Assembly (NCBI GenBank): GCA_000004695.1
Contig: CM000153.2
Coordinates: 3,872,001 to 3,936,000, forward strand
Reading direction: 5' to 3'
DNA from: Dictyostelium discoideum
Taxonomy: Eukaryota
DNA length: 64,000 bases
Positions within the stretch are counted from its first letter, which is position 1. The number at the start of each line of letters is the position of its first letter. Below, in pieces: positions 44,755 to 54,844 of the stretch. The notes beneath the pieces were generated by a model, which was not told the origin of the DNA, made no database searches, and saw only the letters and a program-made list of their open reading frames with translations. The translations under genes and the position numbers were made by a program.

Positions 44755-45692
44755 ATGGCAAGCTCTTCACCAAATATAGCATCACCTCAATTAGGTATAA
44801 GGAATAGATTTTTGAATACAAGTAGTGGAAATATAAATTTACAAACCAATAATAATAATAATAACAATAACAATAATAATAATGATATAAATGATAATAT
44901 AGCATCACCTCCAATTTCAAATAATAATAATAGTAATACAGCATGTTCGCCGCAATTAGTGTTACCTACAACACCTACACCAACATCTACCAATATTTTA
45001 AGCCCATTAACTAATAGCAACATACCGATATCANNNNNNNNNNNNNNNNNNNNNNNNNNNNNNNNNNNNNNNNNNNNNNNNNNNNNNNNNNNNNNNNNNN
45101 NNNNNNNNNNNNNNNNNNNNNNNNNNNNNNNNNTCTACAACAACAACAGCAACAACAGCAACAACAACAACAACAACAACCTCAAAATACTATACATCAA
45201 CATCATAGTCAACTCTTACAGTATCAACACCAACATCAACAACAACATAATCAACAGTATCCACAACCATTACAACACAACCATCAACAACAACAACATC
45301 AAAATCAACAACAGCAAAATCAACAACAGCAAAATCAAAATCAACAACAGCAAAATCAACAACAACAGCAAAATCAACAACAAAATCAACAACAAATTAA
45401 TAATGCAGCACCAGTTAGAAAGAAATATAAACCATTACAAAGAAATAATACAGCAAATCATGATTTAACAGCATTTTATGGATGGATTATTATTATATGT
45501 ACATTAACTTTTTTCATTATTTCAACATATTGTTTAGTATTTTCAAAGTTATTACCTGATACTGGTAACAGAATTTTAGATTTCATAAAGTATGATTGGT
45601 ATTATTGCTTATTGGTACCTGTTATTATACCTGTCACTATTATAACTGTTTATTTCAATTGGTTAAGTTTAAAGTTCTTTAGACATAATTAA
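44755..45692 (+). CDS. PIG-Y/Eri1-type GPI-GlcNAc transferase subunit (C-terminal two-TM domain) with a long Asn/Gln-rich N-terminal extension; CDS interrupted by an assembly gap
   Basis: The C-terminus YYCLLVPVIIPVTIITVYFNWLSLKFFRHN-stop (stop 45690-45692) aligns with human PIGY ..CFYSLLLPITIPVYVFFHLWTWMGIKLFRHN-stop. The post-gap reading frame is open and Gln-rich back to the gap with no in-frame ATG, so the start lies before or inside the gap. An ATG-initiated Asn-rich ORF (44755) runs into the gap from the 5' side. Confidence 0.55.
45034..45133. other. Assembly gap (100 N)
   Basis: Run of n characters; the length is a placeholder, so reading-frame continuity across it is unknown. Confidence 1.
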
Positions 45693-46231
45693 ATGAAGTT
45701 TGGGTGTGTGTGTGCTTGTGCCTGTATGTGCGTGTGCGTGCTTCATAAATGAAGCATCAATCAATTATTGCTTTATTATTTATTATAAATGATTTCTTTT
45801 TTTTTTATTTTTTTTTTTTTTTATTTCTAAATAAATAAAATAAAACAAAATAAAATAAAATAAAATAAAATAAAATAAAATAAAATAAAATAAAATAAAA
45901 AATAAAATAAAATAAAATAAAAAAGATCAAATCACATTTTTTTTTGTTTTTTTTATTTTTTATTTTTAAATTTTATTTTCATTAATTAATATTGAATTTT
46001 TCAAACATATTTCAGATTTTTTTTTATAATTTTAATTTTTTTTTTTTTTTTTTTTAATTTTTTCAAATTATATCCATTTTTCAAAAGCACACACAATTTA
46101 ATTGTGTGTTGTCCATTGTATTAATTTAATATTATAATATTTAAATAAAATATAATTTAAACCAATTCATTTTTTTATTAAACAAAAAATAAAAAAAAAA
46201 AATAATAAAAAAAAAAAATAAAAAAATAATA

Positions 46232-47175
46232 ATGGGTGTATCTAGATCTACATTAAGAACTGAAGAGATCGAGGAAATCAGAGAAGTATCAATTTGTATG
46301 TAAAAAAAAAAAAAAAAAAAAAAATTTGTATTTATTCACCAATATTACAAAATACTAACATAGCACCAACAACAATGATAACAACAATGATAACAACAAC
46401 AACAACAACACCAACAACAAAAACAATAACATTATGATAATTTTTAACAATGATTATCATTTAATTAGTTTCACAAAGAGAAATTAAAAGATTATATAAA
46501 AGATTTAAAAGATTAGATAAAGAGGAAAAAGGGTCAATAAATGTAGAAGATTTTAATCAAATACCAGAGCTATCAATGAATCCAATGTTACCTAGAATCA
46601 TATCTATATTTGATGTTAATAGAGATGGTCAAGTTAACTTTAAACAATTTGTAAAATCATTATCAACTTTTCATCCAAAAGCTGATAAAGCTGATAAAAT
46701 TAAAAGTTTGTAATTTAAATTTTATAATAAATAAATTATTATTATAATTACTAACAATCAAATCATAATAATAAAAATAATAATGATAATAATAATAATA
46801 ATAATAATAATTTATTTTAGTATTATTTAAAGTATATGATATTAATAATGATGGGTTCATAACAAGAGATGAAATTGAAACCATTTTAACAATGATGGTT
46901 GGTTCAAATTTAACAAAAGAACAAATTTCAAGTATTGTTGAGGAAACTCTCAATGAAGCTGATGTAAATGGTAAAGGGAAATTAGACTATCCAGATTTCT
47001 ATAATGTAATGTTTTTTAATTTATCAAAATACTTTTTTTTTTTTTTTTTAAACAATCATTAACTTATTTTTTTATTTTTTTATTTTTTTATTTTTATTTT
47101 TTTTTTTAGTCAATCGGATCATCAGGTTGTAATGCCGAAAATATGCTTTCCATTTCTTTTAATCCTTTTGAATAA
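46232..47175 (+). CDS. cnbA: Calcineurin B regulatory subunit (4 EF-hands, N-terminal Gly for myristoylation); exons 46232..46295, 46469..46705, 46821..47005, 47110..47175; 183 aa
   Basis: MGVSRSTLRTEEIEEIREVSI|FSQREIKRLYKRFKRLDKEEKGSINVEDFNQIPELSMNPMLPRIISIFDVNRDGQVNFKQFV..KADKADKIK|ILFKVYDINNDGFITRDEIETILTMMVGSNLTKEQISSIVEETLNEADVNGKGKLDYPDFYN|SIGSSGCNAENMLSISFNPFE. This aligns along its length with human CNB (..[68 protein letters not shown]..). Donors T|GTATGT (46296), A|GTTTGT (46706, non-canonical) and AAT|GTAATG (47006). Acceptors AATTAG (46467-46468), TTTTAG (46819-46820) and TTTTTAG (47108-47109). Confidence 0.75.
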
Positions 47176-47439
47176 GAAAATAATGAATAATATGTGTAAA
47201 TAAAATGAAACTAAACAAATGAAACAAAGATTGATGAGAATAATTCAGTGTGGAAAAATAAAATAAAAAATTAGTATAATAAATATAAATTTATGTATTT
47301 TTGTTTTGGGTATAGTTTTGTAAACTTTTTATTTTTTATTTTTTATTTTTTATTTTTAAGAACAAAGAGTAAGGAATGAAAAGGAAAAAAAAATTGATTT
47401 GATTTGATTTGGATTGGTTTATCAGGCACAGTTTTAAAA

Positions 47440-47600
47440 GGTTTTTCCCGTACAGGTTTAACAAGTTTAAGGGTACGGTTCAGGTTTATCAGTTACAGGT
47501 TTAACAGTTATAACAGGTACAAGCTTTGCAATCTTAACAGGTTTATTATTTAATATGTTAATCATCTTTGCAATCTTAGCAGGTTTAACAATAATTTGAT
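47440..47600. repeat. Degenerate tandem motif region (ACAGGTTTAACA-like units, CTTTGCAATCTTA(A/G)CAGGTTTA twice) 220-380 bp downstream of the tRNA-Asp gene; possible fragment of a tRNA-gene-targeted retroelement
   Basis: acaggtttaacaagtttaagggtacggttcaggtttatcagttacaggtttaacagttataacaggtac..ctttgcaatcttaacaggttta..ctttgcaatcttagcaggtttaaca read directly. The link to TRE-type elements is inference from their known tRNA-proximal integration in Dictyostelium. Confidence 0.35.
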
Positions 47601-47794
47601 CCAGTCTTTTTTAATATGAAACTACTCAAAGACTCCAATGCAAAAATAGAAATCAATGACAAACAATAGGCACTTTGAATTTTTAAAGTAGTGTTGTTGT
47701 GGTTTTCCTTAAACAATAAAAAAAAAAAAATTAATTATAATTTTTTAAAAAAGAAAAAAAAATAAATAACAGGAGGGTCAATTTTTTTCGAAGT

Positions 47795-47808
47795 TCGGAT
47801 TTCGAATT
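47795..47808 (-). promoter_or_regulatory. External B-box-like element (tRNA sense TTCGAAATCCGAAC) about 15-30 bp downstream of the tRNA-Asp gene
   Basis: Resembles the internal B-box consensus GGTTCGANTCC duplicated outside the gene, as described for Dictyostelium tRNA loci (exB box). Confidence 0.45.
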
Positions 47809-47821
47809 TTTAATAAAAAAG

Positions 47822-47893
47822 CTCCCTGTCCGGGAATTGAACCCGGGCCTTTCGCGTGACAGGCGAAAATCCTCACCACTAGACCAACAAGGA
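47822..47893 (-). tRNA. tRNA-Asp (anticodon GUC), 72 nt, intron-less, followed by a T6 Pol III terminator
   Basis: Minus-strand sequence TCCTTGTTGGTCTAGTGGTGAGGATTTTCGCCTGTCACGCGAAAGGCCCGGGTTCAATTCCCGGACAGGGAG. 7-bp acceptor stem (1 G-U pair). D-loop AGTGGTGA. Anticodon stem TTCGC/GCGAA with loop CTGTCAC (GTC at 34-36). T-arm CCGGG-TTCAATT-CCCGG. Discriminator G. TTTTTT immediately 3'. Confidence 0.85.
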
Positions 47894-48354
47894 TTTGTGA
47901 TATTTCTCAATTTTTTATAATCACGAAATATGGTAAGATAGTAAAACAATCTCCTTTTTTGGATTTCATTTTTCACATAAAAAAAAATAAAATTGTAGAC
48001 AAAACACAAATAAAAAAAACAATTTCAAATATGTCATCAACATCAATCACGAAGCCGACTATAAAATAAAAAAAGATTTAGAAAAAAGTTTGGACAAAAA
48101 AGATGTTTTAATCAAAAGTAATAATACAATTCAAAATTCGAAATAAAAAAAAAAAAAAAAAAAAGTAAACCAACCCCTCTTTTAGAGACCCTGTAAAAAA
48201 TACTACAAATAAAATGAGATCTAGCATTTCAAGGAGAAGTAACTAATAATTGCGTTATCCAATTCAAAAAAAGCAAAGATGGATAGCACAAAGGGGTCAA
48301 TTTCTATTACAAATTAAAATATCTTAAATGTGTGTCAAATTAATTTCAAATTAT

Positions 48355-48510
48355 AATTTTTTTAATATCAGTAAAGATTATAAAAATAATATTTTTTAAT
48401 TATTATTTTATTTATAATAATTATGTCACTACTTTAAATTAATATAAATATAAAAAATAATTTAATTTTCAATTCAGATTAATATTCTCATTTCTAAAAG
48501 ATAAAACTAT
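48355..48510 (+). repeat. Copy A of a ~150-bp AT-rich dispersed repeat (head ttaatatcagtaaagattataaaaataata ... tail caattcagattaatattctcatttctaaaagataaaact)
   Basis: About 92% identical to the reverse complement of copy B over ~148 bp (aligned by eye). Confidence 0.8.
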
Positions 48511-49387
48511 TTAAATAAATAAATAAAAATAAAAATATTGAAAATAAAATAAAATAAAATAAACAAAAAAAAAAAAAAATTTCATTTCGTCAAAGAATCA
48601 TATTTTCTCTTGCACGCCACATGCATTTCATTTGCTGAGTTCTTAGTTGGTTTCAAAAATTATATAATAAAAGGTGATTTTTTCAAACATTTAAGTGGAG
48701 ATGCCACTTAATTATTTGCAAAAAAATCAAATGATGCTAATTTTTGTCAAGATTACAAGTTTTCTTGAAAGATATATCATGGTTAGAAAAGTTATTACAA
48801 TTTCCAAAATCAAAATATGAAGGTTTAGAAACTTTAATTTTTAATTTCACAAATTGCTCAAGTGATTGATACTCCAGTTTAAAAGTGAATTGGTAAGAAT
48901 TTCCTCTGAATCGTTGCCACCTCAATTAAGAATTGAAGTTGAAAAACAAATAATTACTGATGTAGCTCATTGTATGGAATTGGTTAGAAAGATTGAAAAT
49001 GCTAATATCAGCATTTATGATAAATCATTATACACTGGTAAATCAGTTCAAAATCAATTTACAACTTATAATGCCAATAATGGTATAAATAATACAATAA
49101 TAATAATAATAACTATAGATATAAATTTGAAGATAATATAGATGATTATGAATCACCCTATAAAACTCCAAAAATTAAATCAAATCCTTCTTTAGATTCA
49201 TCTGGTTCATCTCATTATTCTTTTGTAATATTTATATAACCAATTATTTATTTACAAATTTATCTAATTAATATTTTATTTATATTTTATTGAATTTAAT
49301 AATATTATCTTAATTTTATATTTAAATAATCTTTTTATATTATAACACTTCATATATTAGTTTATATTTTTTTTTTTATTTATTTAA

Positions 49388-49545
49388 AAGTTTTATCTTT
49401 TAGAAATGAGAATGTTTATCTGAATTGAAATTAAAATTTTTTTTATATTTATATTAATTTAAATGAGTGACATAATGAGTATTGATAAAATAATAATTAG
49501 AAAATATTATTTTTATAATCTTTGCTGATATTAATAAAATTATTA
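49388..49545 (-). repeat. Copy B of the same repeat in inverted orientation: tail-to-tail with copy A across an ~870-bp internal segment, head-to-head with copy C across ~20 bp
   Basis: Reverse complement reads tttattaatatcagcaaagattataaaaataatattttctaattattattttatcaatactcattatgtcactcatttaaattaatataaatataaaaaaaattttaatttcaattcagataaacattctcatttctaaaagataaaact. Confidence 0.8.
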
Positions 49546-49565
49546 TTTAAAATTATATTTCAAAT

Positions 49566-49730
49566 AATTATTTTATTAAAATCAACAAACATTATAAAAA
49601 TAATGTTTTTTAATTATTATTTTATTGGTATTCATTATGTCATTCATTTAATACTAATATAATAAAATAATTTAATTTCAATTCAGATTAATATTCTCAT
49701 TACTATGAGATAAAAGCTATTAAATAAAAA
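49566..49730 (+). repeat. Copy C of the same repeat (~80% identity to A), forming a ~330-bp near-palindrome with copy B
   Basis: ..atcaacaaacattataaaaataatgttttttaattattattttattggtattcattatgtcattcatttaatactaatataataaaataatttaatttcaattcagattaatattctcattactatgagataaaagct read directly. Confidence 0.75.
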
Positions 49731-50004
49731 TATAAATAAATAAATAAAATATAAATAAATATAAATATAAAAAGTGTTTCAAATATAAAAAGAATTTATA
49801 ATGAGCTTTCCAATTCAAAAAAAATCTTCTCATTTCAAAACTTTAAATTGCTCAGTCAAATCAACAAAAAGGATTATAATTAAATTCAAAAGTGAATTTA
49901 TTTTTATTTTATCTTTTAAATGTTATTTTATTATAATAAATTTATATTTTTATGAAAATATCTTTTAATTTAAATAAACTACAAAGAATCTTTTTTTTTT
50001 TTTT

Positions 50005-50040
<36 letters not shown>

Positions 50041-50083
50041 TTATTTATTTTTTTTTTTTTTAAACATATAATGATTAAATTTA

Positions 50084-52210
50084 TTACAAGTTCCAGATCG
50101 CTTTTTTATAATCATTCCAATCACCATCAAAGTTTTTAACTTCTTTTGGTTCACCTTCTTCACCATCGAAATACCAAATTTCATCACAAACCAAAGAAAT
50201 TAATCTTTCATCGTGAGATACTAAAAGTATACCACCTTCGAAAACATTGAGAGCATGACAGAGAGCATCAACGGTATCAATATCCAAATGATTTGAAGGT
50301 TCATCGAGTAAGAGAATGTGAGGTTTGGTGTAAGAGATTTGAGCCAATACGACACGAGACTTTTGACCACCAGATAAAGTATTTACAGTACGAAGGGCGA
50401 TATCACCAGACAAACCAAATTTACCCAAATGAGAACGAGCAGTTTGAGCGGTGGTACCAGGATATTTGGCGAGGAAATTATCGAGTGGAGATTTGGAGAG
50501 ATCCAATTGATCGACGAAATGTTGACTGAAACGAGAGAATCTTAGCTTACCATTACGGATGACCAAACCATTGGTTTCTTCCAACTCGCCACATAACAAA
50601 CGAAGGAGAGTTGTTTTACCGGCACCATTTGCACCGACGAGAGCTACACGACTACCCATATCGATACCAAGATTGAGATTTTTAAAGAGGAGTTTATCTG
50701 GAGTGTAACCAAATGAAACGTCTTGGAATTGAAGAATGGGTGGTGCCAATGGTTCAGGTTCCAAGAATTGAAGGGTAACGGTTGGATCATCCAATACTTC
50801 ACCAATATCCTCCATACGTTCCAATTGTTTGATACGAGATTGTGCCATTTTTGCACGTTTAGCATTGTAACGGAAACGATCGATAAATGCTTGAATATGT
50901 TTTTTTTGAGATTGTTGAGCTTCGAATGAACGTTGTTGAGCCTTCAAACGATCAGAACGAGTACGTTCAAACACTGAATAGTTACCCTTATAATAGTCGA
51001 TCTTTTTATTGTTCAAATGCATGATATCGGTACAAACTGCATTGAGGAATTCACGTTGATGTGATACGATGACCAAGGTACGATTCCAATTGACCAAGTA
51101 GGACTCTAACCAAAGACAAGCAAACAAATCCAAATGATTGGTTGGTTCATCCAATAAGAGAACATCTGGTTGAATAAAGAGTGCACGAGCCAATGAAATT
51201 CTCATTCTCCAACCTCCACTGAAACTTTTGGTTGGTTGTTGTTGCATTTCCTCTGTGAAACCTAAACCCGAGAGAATTGCTGCAGCTCTTGATTCGGCGG
51301 TATGAGCATCGATATGATTGAGTTTCTCATAGATGCTATTGAGTTTCTCTGAGAGATTATTCTTTTCACTCTCTGGGAGAGCGTTTAAACGTTTCTCTTC
51401 CTTTAAGAGACGATCCCTCTCAACGTCTGCTTCGAGTACACACTCGATAACTGTGGTTTCATTACCATTGACCTCTTGTTCCACATGAAGAATTGAGAGA
51501 TTATTATCGATACCAATCTCTCTTGAGGCAATATGACGAAGAAGTGTTGTCTTACCAGTACCATTTCTACCAATTAAACCATACTTTCTACCATAGTTTA
51601 GATTGAGATCAGAGTTGATGATCAAATCATTCTTACCATAGGTGACATTGAATGCATCCACATGAATATCACGTGATTGATTGGTACCACGAATAGTTGA
51701 TGCCATCATGGTTTGTTGTTCTTTCAATGAGTTTAATGCTGCCAATGCTGCATTTTGACGAAGTTTCTTTCTCTCCTCTTTGGCAAGACGTGCTTCCTTT
51801 CTTGCATTGTAACGTTTTTCATTGGCTTCCAATTGATCCTTGTTCACAATGGAAATGCCTTCCTCTGCTTTCATCCATGATACTGCTGCTCCAACACGAT
51901 CATCCAATCTTTGAAGTGCTACTGGTTGTGATAATTGTGTAATTGTTTGTTTCTGTTTAATTGTAATGAGTTTTTCATTCACCAATGCCTCCACTATACC
52001 ATTGATTGCGCTATTGACTCCACTTTCATCATCTGCAAAACATGTATCCAATAATAATGGTGATAATATCTCTGTCAATTCATCCATATCACTATTGACT
52101 CCTTCATCTTCAAATACTCCTGATATATAATCAATGATTGTTTCATCTATATCTTTGGTTTTATCTCCTAATGTTTTTTCAATTACACTTTTAATTTCCT
52201 TTGATACCAT
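50084..52210 (-). CDS. ABCF-subfamily ATP-binding cassette protein (GCN20/ABCF3 orthologue type: N-terminal GCN1-interaction-like domain + two ABC ATPase domains, no TM domain); 708 aa, single exon
   Basis: ATG at 52210. Walker A GRNGTGKTTLLR and GANGAGKTTLL. ABC signatures LSGGWRMRISLARALF and LSGGQKSRV. Walker B LLLDEP twice. Collinear with yeast GCN20 (DIHVDAFNVTYG.. compare DIHIDTFDLYVG; SILHVEQEV compare SILHVEQEL). Confidence 0.9.
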   Translation of the reverse strand: MVSKEIKSVIEKTLGDKTKDIDETIIDYISGVFEDEGVNSDMDELTEILSPLLLDTCFADDESGVNSAINGIVEALVNEKLITIKQKQTITQLSQPVALQRLDDRVGAAVSWMKAEEGISIVNKDQLEANEKRYNARKEARLAKEERKKLRQNAALAALNSLKEQQTMMASTIRGTNQSRDIHVDAFNVTYGKNDLIINSDLNLNYGRKYGLIGRNGTGKTTLLRHIASREIGIDNNLSILHVEQEVNGNETTVIECVLEADVERDRLLKEEKRLNALPESEKNNLSEKLNSIYEKLNHIDAHTAESRAAAILSGLGFTEEMQQQPTKSFSGGWRMRISLARALFIQPDVLLLDEPTNHLDLFACLWLESYLVNWNRTLVIVSHQREFLNAVCTDIMHLNNKKIDYYKGNYSVFERTRSDRLKAQQRSFEAQQSQKKHIQAFIDRFRYNAKRAKMAQSRIKQLERMEDIGEVLDDPTVTLQFLEPEPLAPPILQFQDVSFGYTPDKLLFKNLNLGIDMGSRVALVGANGAGKTTLLRLLCGELEETNGLVIRNGKLRFSRFSQHFVDQLDLSKSPLDNFLAKYPGTTAQTARSHLGKFGLSGDIALRTVNTLSGGQKSRVVLAQISYTKPHILLLDEPSNHLDIDTVDALCHALNVFEGGILLVSHDERLISLVCDEIWYFDGEEGEPKEVKNFDGDWNDYKKAIWNL

Positions 52211-52572
52211 AATTTCTTCTATATATATATATATAATCTTTATTTATGTGTAACTGTTTTATGTGTGTATGTGTATTGATTATTAGTTTTTATATTTATT
52301 TAGGTGTTGTGTGTTTTTTTTTTTATTTTTTTTTTTTTTTTTTAGGAAAAACAATAGATTTTTTTTTTCTCTCTAAAATTTTTTTTTTTATTGACACCTT
52401 ATTAGGTTTTGATTGACTGAAAACAAAAAAAAAAAAAAACTTAATTAATGGTAGTACAAAATATGAACTTGTACTGAAATTTTTATTTCTATTTATATAA
52501 AAAAAAAATTGGTTTTTTTTTTTTTTTTTTTTTTGACCAGTTTGGTGTGCAGCTTTTCAAAAAAATTCGGTC

Positions 52573-52603
<31 letters not shown>

Positions 52604-53022
52604 GTTTTTTTTTTTTTTTTTCAAAATATTTTTTTTTATTTAATTTAATTTATTATTTTTTTTTAAAATTTTTTTTTTAATTTTTTTTTTCAAAAACACA
52701 ACTAGAAAAGATCTTTTTTTGATATCAACCAAATTTTCAGAACTAATCACATTTACTTTATCACCTAAACATATATATATCCCTATACAAATAATTAATA
52801 GAGATATACCTACACATACTATAATCATATTTATTTTTTATATTTTTTTTTTTTTATAAAAACACAATTATATCAAATTTAAACACAATTAAAAAAAAAA
52901 ATAAATAAATAAAAAAATAAACAAAAAAAATAAATTAAATTATAATAATTTTAATATAAATAATCAAAACGATAATATTTTTTTTTTTTTAAAAAAAAAG
53001 AAAAAATTAAAAAGAAAAAACA

Positions 53023-53610
53023 ATGGCAACAGTAGAACCAGAGATTGAAAAGAGTAATTAAAAATATATAATCAAGAAAAAAAAAAAAGTTATAAAATTA
53101 TTAATTTTGATTTCTTTTTTTTTTTTTTTGATTTCTTTTTTTTTTTATTTTTTTTCTTATTTTTTATTTTTATTTTTTTTATTTTTTTTATTTAATAATT
53201 TAGAGTTTATTGAAGATAGTTTAGGTGTAACAAGTCAATCATTTGGTGAACAAATTACACATACAATTTGGGTTGAAGCAAATAAATCACCAAATATTTC
53301 AGGTTCAACATTTAATAAAAGATTAATTGTAGTAGGAAAATGTAAAATTCTTTCAATTAAAAGAGGTGCATTTGGTAAATCAGTAAGTAGATAATCAAAT
53401 TGTAGAAATAGTGTATAAACTCATATTATTTTTCATTTTTTTTTTTTTTTTTTATTTTTTTTTTTATCTCACCACCCCCACACTCCCACCACAATATATT
53501 TTTTCATTACGTGGATAAAAATTAATGTGGAGGGAAAAAAAAAAAAAACAATAATACTGGTCCAAGATTAATTTCAAATAATTTGGCCTGGATTAAAAAT
53601 TTTTTTTCAA

Positions 53611-53642
<32 letters not shown>

Positions 53643-54069
53643 GGAAAATAAAACTGGGAGATTTCCTCAAGAAATCAACATTTTTTTCAACATGTTTTTT
53701 CATATATGAAAATTTATATATGAAAAATAAGGAAAGTAAACTAATTCCAAATATAATTTTTTTTCTTTTTTTTTTTTTTTTTTTAAGGTTGAACTCGAAT
53801 TTCATTTATATAATGTTTCAGAGATTTGTGCAGAGAGTGAAGACTCATTTACAATAAAATATAATGGAGATAATAATGAACAATTAGGTATTACAATGAA
53901 AGCTCCACTTGAAAAACTTCAAATTTTAATTAGAGCAATTAGAACAAGTTATAGAAGAATCACTTGTGGTTTCCCAGAAACTTCAATGATGAAATTAAAT
54001 TTACCTGAAAATAAGTAAGTTAAAATTAAATTCTTATACTTTTTTTTTTTTTTTGTCTCTAAAATTTTA

Positions 54070-54125
<56 letters not shown>

Positions 54126-54812
54126 TTTAGATTAATAGATTTTGAAGTACCATTAATTATGTCATCAGCACATGGTTTTGTGGATGGATATATTGCACAT
54201 TCATATTATTATCCAAAAGTTTATAAATCAGTTGGTACGTTAGATTTTATTAGATTGATTGATGCATTATATTCAAATGATGTTACAGAGATTGATTTCA
54301 CACAAATGGCAGGTATTGAACCATCTTCAGAGTTAAGTTTTAATTTGTTCACAGCAATTACAAGTTTACGTAATAATACTTATTTCAAATCTGTAAATTT
54401 ATCTGGTTTACCACATGCAAATAGTATGTAAAAAAAAAAAAAAAAAAAAAAAAACCAAACAAATATTCAAATTATTATCAAAATATTAAAACAAAAATAA
54501 TTTTTATGTATATATATGTATATAATTTTTTTTTTTTTTTTTTTTTTTTAGTTATAAGTGCAATTGGAATGTGTTTAGAAACAAATAAATCAATTACAAA
54601 ATTAAATTTATCAAATTTAAGAGTTGAACAATCATTACAACCTTTAGCAAATGGTTTAGTTAAAAATCCAAGTAATGTTATTCAAGCATTAGATTTATCA
54701 AAAAATAATATTCCATATCCAATTATGGCAACACTTTGTGAATGTTTTTCTAAATTTTCACATGGTTTAGTAAGTTTAAATTTATCAAAATGTGATTTAC
54801 TACCAAAGTAAG

Positions 54813-54844
<32 letters not shown>

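Noticed and set aside
48866-49141. 91-aa ORF between repeat copies A and B
   Set aside because: It starts at TTG rather than ATG. The only internal ATG gives about 55 aa of low-complexity sequence with no recognisable domain. It is more likely internal sequence of the repeat-flanked element.
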